The notes beneath the pieces are model-generated. The model did not search any database, had not been told where the DNA came from, and saw only the letters and a program-made list of their open reading frames with translations. A program made the translations under genes and the position numbers. Below are positions 35,623 through 46,065 of a stretch of DNA of 64,000 bases, one piece after another. Numbering within the stretch: position 1 is the first letter of the stretch; each line of letters opens with the position of its first letter. Location of the stretch: the IMG/VR virus record IMGVR_UViG_3300002461_001229; one strand, 5' to 3'. This DNA is from a virus.

Positions 35623-36651
35623 TTAGCCTTTGATCGGATCGGCATTGACCGTATTCAGCGGCATCGCCGGTAGCGTTTTAAGCTCGGCACGACCAGCGAT
35701 CACGTCGGCTTCTAGCCGATCGGCGATCCCTTGGTAGTAGCCGCCCTCGTTGGCCAGCCAATCCTCCTGTGGTTGACGGGCCAACACCTTGCACGCGTGC
35801 AAGACCTTCAATGCGTCAGGAAGCGGGCAAAGCCCTCCAACGGATGCTTCCTGCGGCGTAACTGTGTGCGTCCCGGACCCCGCGGTCGTCAGGTTGATGC
35901 GGTTGTTTAAAAGCGCATCGGTATAGGTGTTCGCGAACGCGATATTGTCGACATCCTCGACGATGATGAATACGAACTGCCCCGGCGTCAGCGGAGCAGG
36001 CAGCGTCCCATCGGTCGTGAGTTGAACCCGAAGGCCGGTATAGAACGGGTGAGCGGTAATGTCGATCTGATCGGTCGCCGTATCGACGTTGCCGGCATTG
36101 AATGTCCGCGTTGCCGGCACGGTGCCGACAGTATCGAACAAGGTCGATTGCTGGTCGACGTCCCAGGCACATCCGCGAAATCTTACGTTCGGCCGCGTGT
36201 GATAGATCCTCGACCCGAGCATCGCGTAGTAGTACGCCGGGATCTTGTAGAACGCTCCGGCGTTTTCGATGCGCCGGCTGACGACGCGAAACGGCTGCTC
36301 GGTCAACGCCTTACCGTCCGTCGCATCGTAGATCGCGTCGAAGCTGCCGATGAAACGAACGCCTGCGGCATCGTTCAGCGGCACTAGCCCCGGACTTGCT
36401 ACGCTAAGGCTTTCGGACTGCAATGCTCGGCGGAACTGCGGATTGTTGGAGTTGGCGATCGCGTTCGCGAGCTCTGTGGCGACGGCGATGATGTCCCGCT
36501 TGAGTGATCCCCACGGAATATCGGCACCATCAAGCTCGGTGTCGATGCTGACGGCCTCGAACGCGGCACGCCGAGCAGCCTCATCCCCGCCCTCGATCTG
36601 ACGAGTGCGGAGAGCGACGAACTTAGCTATGTCCTGATAAGGGTATGGCAT
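35623..36651 (-). CDS. Adaptor/ring-like tail protein with an inserted beta domain
   Basis: Helical ends; its insert (HPFYTG...INLTTAGSGTHTV) aligns by eye with the insert in the 800-aa protein. Confidence 0.55.
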   Translation of the reverse strand: MPYPYQDIAKFVALRTRQIEGGDEAARRAAFEAVSIDTELDGADIPWGSLKRDIIAVATELANAIANSNNPQFRRALQSESLSVASPGLVPLNDAAGVRFIGSFDAIYDATDGKALTEQPFRVVSRRIENAGAFYKIPAYYYAMLGSRIYHTRPNVRFRGCAWDVDQQSTLFDTVGTVPATRTFNAGNVDTATDQIDITAHPFYTGLRVQLTTDGTLPAPLTPGQFVFIIVEDVDNIAFANTYTDALLNNRINLTTAGSGTHTVTPQEASVGGLCPLPDALKVLHACKVLARQPQEDWLANEGGYYQGIADRLEADVIAGRAELKTLPAMPLNTVNADPIKG

Positions 36652-37049
36652 CAGATCCTATCCGGCTTTCTCCAATAACGGACCTCGATCTCGACGTCCG
36701 AAGTGTTGCTGACGCGAATGTAGCTTTTGCCGTCCGCGACGTCCTCGACCATGACCGATGTGTCATCGGGAATAGAGGCAAAGGCTACGGTCGCCAGCGT
36801 GCGCGGAGTGGTCGGGAATGCCTGATTCGTATGTGACTCGATCAGCACGCTCACCGCTCCGCCCGAAGGAGCTCCGCCGACGTTACGGATCTCGATGTCC
36901 ATGATCGTGTTGGCGAGGCCAACGGATTCGGTATAGCCGTTGACCGGAATTACCTCGACGTACGGCACGACCAGGACGTTGTTGGTCGCTCCCGTCACTT
37001 GCCGCAGCCGTTTGGCCTCGTGCGAAACTCTTGAATGAATTGCTCCCAT
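36651..37049 (-). CDS. Hypothetical structural protein (132 aa)
   Basis: Start re-assigned to MGAIHSRV (GGAG SD); beta-rich. Confidence 0.6.
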   Translation of the reverse strand: MGAIHSRVSHEAKRLRQVTGATNNVLVVPYVEVIPVNGYTESVGLANTIMDIEIRNVGGAPSGGAVSVLIESHTNQAFPTTPRTLATVAFASIPDDTSVMVEDVADGKSYIRVSNTSDVEIEVRYWRKPDRI

Positions 37050-37050
37050 G

Positions 37051-37815
37051 TTAGATCTCCCACCAATAGCCGGTATCTGAAACCGGTTCATTCTGCAGAT
37101 TGCCGATATGGCTTTCGAACTGTTCCCTGAACAGCGTGAATTGATTCGCGAGGTCTGCCCGCAGATCGCTGCGACGGCGAAGGGTTTGTTCGAGCGAGTG
37201 GCCTTCCCACTCGCTGTTCCCAACAACCCGCATTGCGGCCATTACGGTCTTCAGCGTCGTGTACTCGAACGATTCCGGGCGATCGTTCCAATCGTAAAGC
37301 CCGTAATCCGAACGCCCCGTGATGTACTGGATCACGTACTCGGTATCTGCCGTATCCGGGATCGGGAACAGACGCACCCACAGCTGCGAATCCTGACGAA
37401 AGAAGGCTGCCTTCTGCGCCGAGAGGTTGTAATAGCCGGGATTGACGTTGATCGTCGGCGGCAGAACAACGAACTCGTAATGCTGGTTGCTCATTTCGTT
37501 GACGACATCGGTCCACGGGATCGGCAGGATCTGCCCGTTCTCAAGCACGTGATAGATGTTCCATGGCTTGCCCGGAGGCATTCCCGGCCGTCCGTTGACA
37601 TCTGCCGGCACGACCTGATATTCCGCCTGGTCCGCGACCGTGGTAATGGTTGCCCGGTTGAGCGTCCACTCACGACGCGAATTGGTCATTGCGTTGCGGA
37701 TGTACTGCTCCGCGGCGAAGAGCCCCGAGAAGATCTCGTCGGGGCTGGGCTTTTGGAACTTCGGAAATCCCAAAAGCCGCCTCACTTCCTGAAACTCTTC
37801 GCCGCGTGTCAGCAT
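37051..37815 (-). CDS. Head-tail adaptor (tail tubular A-like, 254 aa)
   Basis: Helix-beta-helix layout: TTVADQAEY, VRLFPIPD...YVIQY. Confidence 0.6.
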   Translation of the reverse strand: MLTRGEEFQEVRRLLGFPKFQKPSPDEIFSGLFAAEQYIRNAMTNSRREWTLNRATITTVADQAEYQVVPADVNGRPGMPPGKPWNIYHVLENGQILPIPWTDVVNEMSNQHYEFVVLPPTINVNPGYYNLSAQKAAFFRQDSQLWVRLFPIPDTADTEYVIQYITGRSDYGLYDWNDRPESFEYTTLKTVMAAMRVVGNSEWEGHSLEQTLRRRSDLRADLANQFTLFREQFESHIGNLQNEPVSDTGYWWEI

Positions 37816-39083
37816 TAGTTCACAACCTCAAACTCGACCTTGGTGAAATCGACCGTTTCCGGGTTCTCGTCGCCGTCGAAAAGCACCTTGCCCTTTCCGG
37901 CTGCGATGCCGGCGAGCATCTTTGCGATCTTGCCGGTCCGCTCACCGACGCGAACAACGTCACCGGCCAGTGGCAGCGGCGTTTTAATGCCTGCTGTTTT
38001 AGGCGGAATGGGGCTTTCCTGCTCGTTTTCGCCCTCGACGGGTAGTTCGGTAGCCGTCGAGCGGTTTACGTCGATCACAGAGCGAATTGCAGCCAGATCC
38101 TCGGGCTTCAAGCTGGACAGCATTGACGCGATCTCAAGCGCTTCCGGCTTGATGGCCGGAGCGTCGACGTTCGGGGCTGCCGCAGCAGGTGCCGGAGAAC
38201 TGCCTGCGATCTGGTTCGACGCCATGACCGACTGCGTTTCGGCGAGCGTCGTCAGTGCCTTGGTCAGCTTGTCCATCATCTGGGCCTGCTGCTGGTTGAC
38301 GATGTCGAGCCGCGGAACTTCGAGGAACGCGAACATGATCTCTGCGGTCTGGCCGTAGCGATACGAAAGGCCCTTGGTCTTGTGCATTTCGAACGCCTCG
38401 TTGGCTCGGGCAATGACCGCGTTGCCAAAGACACGGAAGTCGCGGCAGCTCCGCAGAGCAGCCTCGGCGACGTCCATTTCGAACTGCGTCGTGGCCGCCT
38501 GGCGTCGTTCCTGAAAGTACGCTTCAAGCGAATTCAGCGTCGGCGGCAGGATCAGGCTGTTAGTGCTGATCCGGTCCCAATTCGGGAACAGGAAGAACTG
38601 AGCGGCCATCATTTCCTCATCGTTCTGGACGGGCATTTCCACGATGCCGTCCTGCTTTCCGATGAGCGTCATGATCTCCCGGTCCGGATAGCGGAGCGTC
38701 CGAAGCAGGCCATCCCACTTCCGTTCGCCGGTATCGGCATCGACGTAGTAGCCGACCTCGGTGCGCTGGCCCTTGACGTTGAGGATCGCGGTTTCCTGCT
38801 TATCTCCGCGCCGTTCGGCGTGAACGAGATTGACGTCCTCGGCGACCATGTACGGGCGGCAGGGCGTTATCTCGCACTGCGGGATGTAGCCGCCGTTGTG
38901 CCGGAGGCTGCCATACTCGGCACGGATCACTCCGCCGCGCGTCCACGCCTGCGTTAAGGCCCGGACGGATGGCGGGATCACGTTGCCGGCAAAGAAGACA
39001 TAGCGGCTGGTCTTTGTCGGAACGGCCGGTCTTTCGAAATCATAATCCACGGTCTGTGGTGCTGTTGCGATCGTTGGTTCCAT
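37815..39083 (-). CDS. Hypothetical protein (422 aa)
   Basis: Long ORF with AGGAG SD and a small SH3-like C-terminal segment. Confidence 0.75.
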   Translation of the reverse strand: MEPTIATAPQTVDYDFERPAVPTKTSRYVFFAGNVIPPSVRALTQAWTRGGVIRAEYGSLRHNGGYIPQCEITPCRPYMVAEDVNLVHAERRGDKQETAILNVKGQRTEVGYYVDADTGERKWDGLLRTLRYPDREIMTLIGKQDGIVEMPVQNDEEMMAAQFFLFPNWDRISTNSLILPPTLNSLEAYFQERRQAATTQFEMDVAEAALRSCRDFRVFGNAVIARANEAFEMHKTKGLSYRYGQTAEIMFAFLEVPRLDIVNQQQAQMMDKLTKALTTLAETQSVMASNQIAGSSPAPAAAAPNVDAPAIKPEALEIASMLSSLKPEDLAAIRSVIDVNRSTATELPVEGENEQESPIPPKTAGIKTPLPLAGDVVRVGERTGKIAKMLAGIAAGKGKVLFDGDENPETVDFTKVEFEVVN

Positions 39084-39091
39084 ATTTCTCC

Positions 39092-39946
39092 TTAGCGGTC
39101 GAACGTTTCGACCTTTCTCTTGGCCCGGTCAGCTGCTCGTCGCCGGATCTCGGCCAGGCTGAGGCCCCCGGCGAGCTCCTGCGGAGTAGCGAACGCGAGC
39201 GGGAATTCTGAGGCTGCCATGGACAGCGTGAACTCGGCATCTTTGAGTGCCTGCATGTTGTAGTTGTTGATCGAGTTGTCGATCTGGCGACGAGTCAGAG
39301 CGTCCGACGAGTCGAACGGGTTCGTCTTGATCCCGGATTCCTTCGCCCCATCGACCATCGCCTTGATCGCGGGCAAACACGCTGCCGGAGGCGCGTACGA
39401 ACCGAAACACGAGCGTTCCTGCTGCTGAGCTTCAAAGCAGCATCGCCCGTCGTGCTCGGCGACCGTCATCAGCCAGATGTACCAATCCTTCGGCGGTTCG
39501 GCCGGCTTGATCCGGATACGCTTTCTGAATCGCGGATGGTAGATCGTGCCGTCCTTTGCCCATTCGTCGTGGTACTGCTCGGGCTCGATCCGGGTGAGCA
39601 CGAGGTAGCGAGGCGGAAATGAATCGCGGACGACGTTGCCGTGCGGATCCCGAATGGTCTTGTAAAGCAGGACCGGGCGGCCGATGGAATCACCCATCGG
39701 CTCGCCTTCGGTGTCCCACTTGCGATAGACACGCTTCCAATATCGCTGATCGCCGTTCCAGACGATCTTGACGATACTTTTCAGGTCACGCGTCAGTCCG
39801 ACGAGCTGATCCAATTGCCGTTGAACGTCGGGCAGGCGGTCGTCATGCGGTCCGGTAGCCGGCTGCGAATCACGCACCCAGGCGTCCGGATCGTTCAACG
39901 CCGTTACTGCTTCTGTCGCCAAAGGAATTTTCGTTTCGTCGGTCAT
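39092..39946 (-). CDS. Hypothetical protein (284 aa) downstream of the capsid gene
   Basis: Contiguous ORF with typical codon usage. Confidence 0.75.
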   Translation of the reverse strand: MTDETKIPLATEAVTALNDPDAWVRDSQPATGPHDDRLPDVQRQLDQLVGLTRDLKSIVKIVWNGDQRYWKRVYRKWDTEGEPMGDSIGRPVLLYKTIRDPHGNVVRDSFPPRYLVLTRIEPEQYHDEWAKDGTIYHPRFRKRIRIKPAEPPKDWYIWLMTVAEHDGRCCFEAQQQERSCFGSYAPPAACLPAIKAMVDGAKESGIKTNPFDSSDALTRRQIDNSINNYNMQALKDAEFTLSMAASEFPLAFATPQELAGGLSLAEIRRRAADRAKRKVETFDR

Positions 39947-39954
39947 AAGAATTT

Positions 39955-39987
39955 CAAAAATGCAGGAGCACCATCGGGTACTCCTGC
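39955..39987 (-). terminator. Intrinsic terminator after the major capsid gene
   Basis: GCAGGAGTACC-CGAT-GGTGCTCCTGC followed by ATTTTTG. Confidence 0.8.
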
Positions 39988-40000
39988 GTCCAGTGGAGGA

Positions 40001-41341
40001 TTAGACGAGTGAACGTCCTCGGGCAACCTGATTCGTCGCCGGAATTTCGAGGTTATAGAACACGATCGACGAGTTCGGCTTACCGTTGCCGGTGTTGTCG
40101 CCTTTTTCGCCGCGAGCGTCCCATGCGATGTTCTTCGCTTCACCCCAATTGCGGTAGTGCTCGGTCGAACCAACGAGGTTGACGCCCGGATACTGCTCTT
40201 TTCCGTTCGTAACTTCATCGATCGCTGCCTGCCGATACTCCCAATAGTCGGAGCGGTGACGGCCGTAGAGGTAGGCGTCTTCCATGTCCTCGTCGCGGGC
40301 CCAGATCGAGTCCTCGTCCTCGTAATACCGCGGAACGCCAAAAGACTTCATGGCGTCGCCCTTTTCGGCATTGTAGGTGCGAAGATCGTAGCCGTAGGCG
40401 GCGAGGGATCGGTGATGGCCGTGCGTCATGTGGAACATTTTGTTCTTATGCGCCGTGCTATCGTTCGCCTCGACCTCCATGGCCAGCTTGCCGCTGTCGA
40501 GCAGCGTTGCCGTCATCGGTCCGCCGTCGCAATCGATGCCGATCGAGTTCAGGAAGTCGTCGACCGTGGTGTCCGCACCCTGGTACGAGGTCCGCGGAAC
40601 GTGGTTGATGTGGTAGCCGAGCCCGTACATTACGCGGTTGTAATGTCCGTAGCGAACAACACCGTTGCCGGCAGTGATCGCACCGGAAAGCACGATGACC
40701 TGAGCGGTCACGGACGACGGCTTCGATACGACGTAGAACGTCGCGGTCACCGTGTTGGTCGCCTCGTCGACCGCCTGATAGAGCACACGCTCCTCAGAGC
40801 TCGTTCCCGGCGACACGGCGACACGAAGCGAACCCTTCGAACGTCCGCGAGCGGTGTTATCGAACGCGAACGAATGGAGGCCGCTGCCGCCGCTGGTCGT
40901 GAAGTAGCCGATGATCCCGGTGCCGGGTCCGATCGAGTACCAATTCTGGTGCTGATAGTAGGTCAGCACGACATCGCGCTGAAAGTCGCTTTCGCCCTCG
41001 GGCAGCTTGTTGCGAGCAGCGTCCTTTTCGTGGAACCATTCAGATTCCACCGTAAAGCCTGAGTACGTCAGGCCGACGAACATCTTCGCGGTCTTCGGCG
41101 AGACCATCGGTTCGAACGAGGTCACACGCCGAAGCGGGTTCAAAGCGGTTTCACCAAACGTGACGCCACGCTTGTACGGGATCTCCAGCCCCACCATCGC
41201 ACCCGATTCGTTGCGAGCACCCGAACCGGATTTGAAGGTAGCTAATGTGACGGCCTTTTGCGTCTTCTGCTGGATGATCTTATTGCGCATGTCGGCCTTA
41301 ACTGCGGCCGAATAGTTCTGCAACAAAGTCGGATTTGCCAT
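40001..41341 (-). CDS. Major capsid protein (446 aa)
   Basis: Size, position after portal and scaffold, strong AGGAG SD, and a downstream terminator. Confidence 0.75.
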   Translation of the reverse strand: MANPTLLQNYSAAVKADMRNKIIQQKTQKAVTLATFKSGSGARNESGAMVGLEIPYKRGVTFGETALNPLRRVTSFEPMVSPKTAKMFVGLTYSGFTVESEWFHEKDAARNKLPEGESDFQRDVVLTYYQHQNWYSIGPGTGIIGYFTTSGGSGLHSFAFDNTARGRSKGSLRVAVSPGTSSEERVLYQAVDEATNTVTATFYVVSKPSSVTAQVIVLSGAITAGNGVVRYGHYNRVMYGLGYHINHVPRTSYQGADTTVDDFLNSIGIDCDGGPMTATLLDSGKLAMEVEANDSTAHKNKMFHMTHGHHRSLAAYGYDLRTYNAEKGDAMKSFGVPRYYEDEDSIWARDEDMEDAYLYGRHRSDYWEYRQAAIDEVTNGKEQYPGVNLVGSTEHYRNWGEAKNIAWDARGEKGDNTGNGKPNSSIVFYNLEIPATNQVARGRSLV

Positions 41342-41382
41342 ATTAGTGCTCCTTTAAGTCTGAATTTCCCCCTTGATAAAAA

Positions 41383-43101
41383 TTAGGTTTGAAAGCCCGC
41401 GGCCCTCAATTTCGCACGAAGCTCACCAACCCGGCTGCTCACTTCCTCGGGTTCCATTTTGCTGAAGTCCATGACTGTGGTTTCGTAATCGGTCCGCGTC
41501 TGCGGCCGAGCACGCGTCGCGGGCACCTTCGCCCGTTGAGCAGCGTCGTTGGCGGTCTTGGCGATCTTCTTGCTAAGCGATTCGGCCTGTTTTCGTGATA
41601 CCTGGCCGAGAAAATCCTTGTGCATCCCGCGGAGCTCGCGGACGATCCGTTCGATCTCGGAGTTGGTCTTGGAGATCACGCGGTCATGGGCCTTGGCTTC
41701 CATTTGGAGGAGGCGTTTTTCGTGGAGCTCTTGGAGGTTTTCGATGTGCTTTTCAGCCAGCTCCCAATTGACGCGAATGCCCTCATTCTTGAGCTGATCA
41801 CGGGTCATTTGCGCGTAGATATCGTTGTCCGACAGAGCGTTCCGGATCACGTTCCCGAGAGCGAGCCCATTGATATTGGCGGCCGGGTCGATTTCGCCCA
41901 CGGTCTTGACGTAGTCGTCGATGAATTCGCGGAGCAGTCCGGCAGCCTGCTTCTGCGTTTCGTTGAACGCTTGTTCCTGCCGTTTCTGCAGAGCGAGGAT
42001 CGGGGCTTGCCGGGCTTCCTGCCGTTCGCGATTCTTGGCGTCTATGCCGTCCTGGATCACGGCGAGATTCTGGTTGATCTGCCGCAGCTCCTCCTGTGCC
42101 CGGCTGCGTGCTTCCGGCGTTGCCGACTCGTTGTTGATGGTGTCGATCAGGTCACGGGCCGCTTGTTCGATCCGCTCGCGATCGGGCGAGCGGTGATACG
42201 CTTCGCGAACGCGGCCGTCGATCCCGGCCGGCACGTGCTCGGGCAGTGCGTACCGGTCCTGCTGGAGCAGGTAGCGGCCGACATTGACGATCTGCTCGTC
42301 GTTTGCACCGAACCAGGTCTTGAGCATGGCTTGGAAGTTCGTCATGCCCGGATGCTCCGCGCTCGGCTCGGCCAGATGGTCGCGGATCAGGTACGGCAAC
42401 TGATCGCGGAAGTTCGTCCGCAGATACTCACGAAGCGGACCGGTGCGGGGCGTCAGCTCGCCGAATTGATCACGCTCGAAGCTCACCAACTCGTCGAGCG
42501 ACGCGGCAAGCTCGGCCGCGTACTTGTCGTTGGCAGGCGAATTCTCGAGCTCTTCGACCTTTTCCCGGAGCTCCTTGAGTTTCTCCTCGCGGTACTCCAG
42601 CATCTTCTTGACCGGCTCCGCCAATTCGACCATGTCGAGGTATTTGGCTTCCTCGGCGGCACGAAGGTCGGGATCCGCGTTGTCGGTGAACTGAAATTCA
42701 TTGACCAGGCGCTCGATGTCATCGTCGGCATCGGCCGCATCATCGGCCGCGGGCTCGTCCTTCCCCTCCGGTTCGGCCGCGGGCTCGTCCTTGTCGCCGA
42801 CGACCAGCTCGCCGGCCGCGTTGATCGAGATATGTGCCGGCAGCTTGCCTTGGTTGTTGATGATGAACTGAACGTCGTCGTTCGTCAGTTTCATCAGCTG
42901 CTCGTCGCTGAGAGCGGGCGCTTCCGCGGCCTGATCGGCTTCCGCGGGCTGATCGGCGTCAGAATCCGTAGGGCCTGCGTCAGCTTGCTCATCAGCGTCA
43001 GCTTGGCCGGAGTCTGCGTCATCTTGCGCGGCATCGGCCGGAGCCTCGTCAACGGGCGGTTCGAATGTTGGATCGTCGGTGGTGTTTGTTTCTACTGGCA
43101 T
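41383..43101 (-). CDS. Capsid scaffolding protein (572 aa)
   Basis: Very acidic disordered N-terminus, coiled coils, basic C-terminal helix; lies between portal and capsid. Confidence 0.65.
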   Translation of the reverse strand: MPVETNTTDDPTFEPPVDEAPADAAQDDADSGQADADEQADAGPTDSDADQPAEADQAAEAPALSDEQLMKLTNDDVQFIINNQGKLPAHISINAAGELVVGDKDEPAAEPEGKDEPAADDAADADDDIERLVNEFQFTDNADPDLRAAEEAKYLDMVELAEPVKKMLEYREEKLKELREKVEELENSPANDKYAAELAASLDELVSFERDQFGELTPRTGPLREYLRTNFRDQLPYLIRDHLAEPSAEHPGMTNFQAMLKTWFGANDEQIVNVGRYLLQQDRYALPEHVPAGIDGRVREAYHRSPDRERIEQAARDLIDTINNESATPEARSRAQEELRQINQNLAVIQDGIDAKNRERQEARQAPILALQKRQEQAFNETQKQAAGLLREFIDDYVKTVGEIDPAANINGLALGNVIRNALSDNDIYAQMTRDQLKNEGIRVNWELAEKHIENLQELHEKRLLQMEAKAHDRVISKTNSEIERIVRELRGMHKDFLGQVSRKQAESLSKKIAKTANDAAQRAKVPATRARPQTRTDYETTVMDFSKMEPEEVSSRVGELRAKLRAAGFQT

Positions 43102-43110
43102 AGTCGTAAA

Positions 43111-45657
43111 TTACTCCTTTGAGGCCGAACCCTTCGACCTCTGTTTGATTTGTTCAAGTTCGACCGCACGGCCATGATCGGCATCGGCGGCTTCCTGTTC
43201 CCGGAGGTGGGCTTCTTCGTCGCCGATGACGTCGGCAGCCCGGCCCATGGCCTCATCCTCGGTCGCCTGGTCGCGTTCCGCCTGCATGGCGGGAGCGGCC
43301 ATTGCCATCGCGGCACCGGTAACGCCTGCCTGCCCCTGTGCTTCGAGCACCTGCAGCCCGTAGCGGAAATCACGATCAAGCTGGTAGTGGCGCATGATCA
43401 GTGCGCGGACCGCCATTTGGGTCAGCGGCGACCATTCCTTGACCTCGTCGTTGTCGAGGTAATCGGAGAGGATCTGCGCCTTGATCACGTGGTACAGCTC
43501 GGAGGCATCGAGCGGCGGCGATAGCTGGCTAAGGATGCGTTCGACCGACATTTGCGGATCGGGAGCGAATCCGGTCAGCATTGCGACCTGTTCTTCCTCG
43601 CCGGCGAGCTCGATCACCTGATCAAGCCGTTCACGGCACCGCATCAGCAGTTCGCCGTAGTCTGCGATCGGGAGGTCGGTCTTGTACTCATCGGCGAACC
43701 ACGAGGCGATCCGCGGTTCCATCTGCATCAGCTGGACGAACGGAACACCGAATCCGGGAGCGGCCTGCATCATCGTCGTCAGGTTTTGCTGGCGGGTCAG
43801 CTCGTTGTTCGGGATCTCCGAATCGCGAACGAACGTGCAGCGGACACGCTTGGGAAGATCTTCTCCGCTGATGTACTTCCCGCTGGTCAGCTTGAAGTTG
43901 TCGCCGGTCATGAAGTAGAGCGGTATGCGAACGTGCTTCCGGAAGCAGGAAACCGCCTCTTCGAGCACCATCGCCCAGGCGTAACCCTTGAGCCTGAGCG
44001 GGGCTGCGGTCCGTTGCTGCTGCTGAGCTTGAAGGAGCTGCTGTCCGCCGAGCGTATCGACCTTGACGCGGCTGTCAGCGACACCCTGCGTGAAGTCGGT
44101 GGTCTGGAACGCCATGTTGAGCATGTTGACGAGCTGGGCGATCATCACCATGTTCGATTGATTGACCTCGTTGGTCGTGACGCTGTGGATCAGGTCCTCG
44201 ACGCGTGCGGCTCCCGATTTAGCAAGGTCGGCACCGGCCATTCCGCCCGGCTTGAGGATGCGTTTGGCTTCCTGCCGCGTCAGCGCCCGCTTGTCATAGA
44301 CGAAGCCGCCTCCGGCACCGTATCGCTTGATCGTGGCGAGAGCTGCCGAGTGTGCCTGCGTCAGGTCCGCAGCGATCTCTATCGCATCGCCGGTGCCCTT
44401 GCCGTAACCCGAGTGGCTTTGAATGTGATAGACGGATGAGAATAGCGGGCACTTCTCGTCGAACGCTCCGATGACCAGATCGTCGCCGATCAGCAATACG
44501 CCAAGGCTTTCTTTGAAGTATTCTTCGAGCGGCACTCCGGCCTTGATGGTTTCGCCGGATAGTGTCTTTTCGTCGGATGTAAACCGCACTCCGGCGTAGA
44601 TCTCCGGGCGATACCATTCCTGCCAGCCGAGCGTGCCTTCCTGATTCTGATCAGTGTTCCCGAGCAGATTCTCGCGGCCGAGCCCGGGCTGCGATCCGCC
44701 GCGGCTGCCGAGGTCGTTCATGACGCGGATGCCGTGCTCCGCGTCCGGCGAGATATGCTCGATCGGCACATTGAGCAGCGATTCGAGCAGCCGGTGCGGG
44801 ACCTCGATCGCCTGCTGCACGTAGGACGATTCGTGGATCAGCTTGCGCATGTCCCAATTGAACGCGGGAACGGGTTCGAGCTGGATCAGGATGTCGCCTT
44901 GTTCGAACTCCCGGCCTCCAATGACCTCGGTCACTTTGGCGGTCTGCGGTGCCAGGGCGTTCGAGACGTTGTAGGTGCCGCACTGCGGACACCGGGGCAG
45001 CATTTCGCCCTTGATCTTGAAATCCTTTGGCGTCCCTTCCATCGGGCATGACATGCAGTACTGATAGCCCGGAAATATGTTCTTGTTGGTGTCTGCGACG
45101 ACCGGCAGGACGGATGTGATCTTGTTCAGCGTCAGGTCGTAATAGACGCCGTAAACTGCGGTGCCGTAGTCCATCATCGAGAGCGATTCCCGCTGATTGA
45201 ACATCTCGTCGTGGAGGTACTCGGTCGCGTAGTGATCGATCACCTGCTGGACGAGAGCGGTCTGGATCTGTGCCCGGTCGCTGTCGCCGAACAGCCGCGG
45301 GACCACGCGAGGCCGAGAGAGCGTCCAGACGCTCGTCAGCTGGCTGGAATTGGTCTGCGCGAGCGGGTAAACGTGCATATCGCTTCGCGGCTGGTGCGGA
45401 AGCGGTTCGAGGAGCGTCAGGGTGCCGTAGAGCGGATCGCGACGCAGCTCAAGCTTGCCGGACCGCAGATTCGCCATCATGCGGCCTTGCTCGGCGACCT
45501 CGTGCCGGACGCGGACGTTCTTGTTCTTGAAGTGCAGGTGCAGCTCCCGGATGAACTCGGCCAGATTGGAGTATTCCCGCGGCTTTACCGCCTCGCCCAA
45601 TTTGGTGAGCGGCTTGACCGGTGCGAGATTCATGGCACGTGCTTGTGGCTGCATCAA
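43111..45657 (-). CDS. Portal protein (848 aa) with a Zn-ribbon insertion
   Basis: Position after TerL; podoviral-type size; Q-rich C-terminal barrel; CMSC...CPQC insert. Confidence 0.75.
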   Translation of the reverse strand: MMQPQARAMNLAPVKPLTKLGEAVKPREYSNLAEFIRELHLHFKNKNVRVRHEVAEQGRMMANLRSGKLELRRDPLYGTLTLLEPLPHQPRSDMHVYPLAQTNSSQLTSVWTLSRPRVVPRLFGDSDRAQIQTALVQQVIDHYATEYLHDEMFNQRESLSMMDYGTAVYGVYYDLTLNKITSVLPVVADTNKNIFPGYQYCMSCPMEGTPKDFKIKGEMLPRCPQCGTYNVSNALAPQTAKVTEVIGGREFEQGDILIQLEPVPAFNWDMRKLIHESSYVQQAIEVPHRLLESLLNVPIEHISPDAEHGIRVMNDLGSRGGSQPGLGRENLLGNTDQNQEGTLGWQEWYRPEIYAGVRFTSDEKTLSGETIKAGVPLEEYFKESLGVLLIGDDLVIGAFDEKCPLFSSVYHIQSHSGYGKGTGDAIEIAADLTQAHSAALATIKRYGAGGGFVYDKRALTRQEAKRILKPGGMAGADLAKSGAARVEDLIHSVTTNEVNQSNMVMIAQLVNMLNMAFQTTDFTQGVADSRVKVDTLGGQQLLQAQQQQRTAAPLRLKGYAWAMVLEEAVSCFRKHVRIPLYFMTGDNFKLTSGKYISGEDLPKRVRCTFVRDSEIPNNELTRQQNLTTMMQAAPGFGVPFVQLMQMEPRIASWFADEYKTDLPIADYGELLMRCRERLDQVIELAGEEEQVAMLTGFAPDPQMSVERILSQLSPPLDASELYHVIKAQILSDYLDNDEVKEWSPLTQMAVRALIMRHYQLDRDFRYGLQVLEAQGQAGVTGAAMAMAAPAMQAERDQATEDEAMGRAADVIGDEEAHLREQEAADADHGRAVELEQIKQRSKGSASKE

Positions 45658-46064
45658 ATGTCCTCGGGCGGGCAGGTCCTAAGCTTTTCGCGTAGCTGCT
45701 CGATCGCGTCGGGCGGGTACGGCGCTCCCCGCTCCGCGGCGGCGATGACGTACTGTTTTATGCGTTGCTGGATCACCACTTCCGGCACCCCGTTCGGCGC
45801 TATTTCGTCGAGTTCGAGGTCTTCGGGATCCGGTGGCTCATCGGGTACGTTGGCGAGCGGAGCGTGGAATGGAGTTACGCTCCGCTCGCCCAGGGCTGCT
45901 TGCGTTATGGCTCCGACGAGAGCGTCCTCGCGTCGGCGGTTCGCGTCGATCTCTTGGTAGAGGCGTTCGCGCAGTTTTGCGTTCTGGGCGTCAAGATGGC
46001 TGATCCTTGCCGCCTGTTCCTCGCAGAGCCGCCGTGTCCATAACCATTCCGCAAGCTTTCCCAT
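45654..46064 (-). CDS. Hypothetical protein (136 aa, N-terminal coiled coil)
   Basis: ATGA overlap with the portal start. Confidence 0.65.
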   Translation of the reverse strand: MGKLAEWLWTRRLCEEQAARISHLDAQNAKLRERLYQEIDANRRREDALVGAITQAALGERSVTPFHAPLANVPDEPPDPEDLELDEIAPNGVPEVVIQQRIKQYVIAAAERGAPYPPDAIEQLREKLRTCPPEDI

Positions 46065-46065
46065 C

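Noticed and set aside
41620-43122. 500-aa plus-strand ORF
   Set aside because: Antisense shadow of the scaffold gene.
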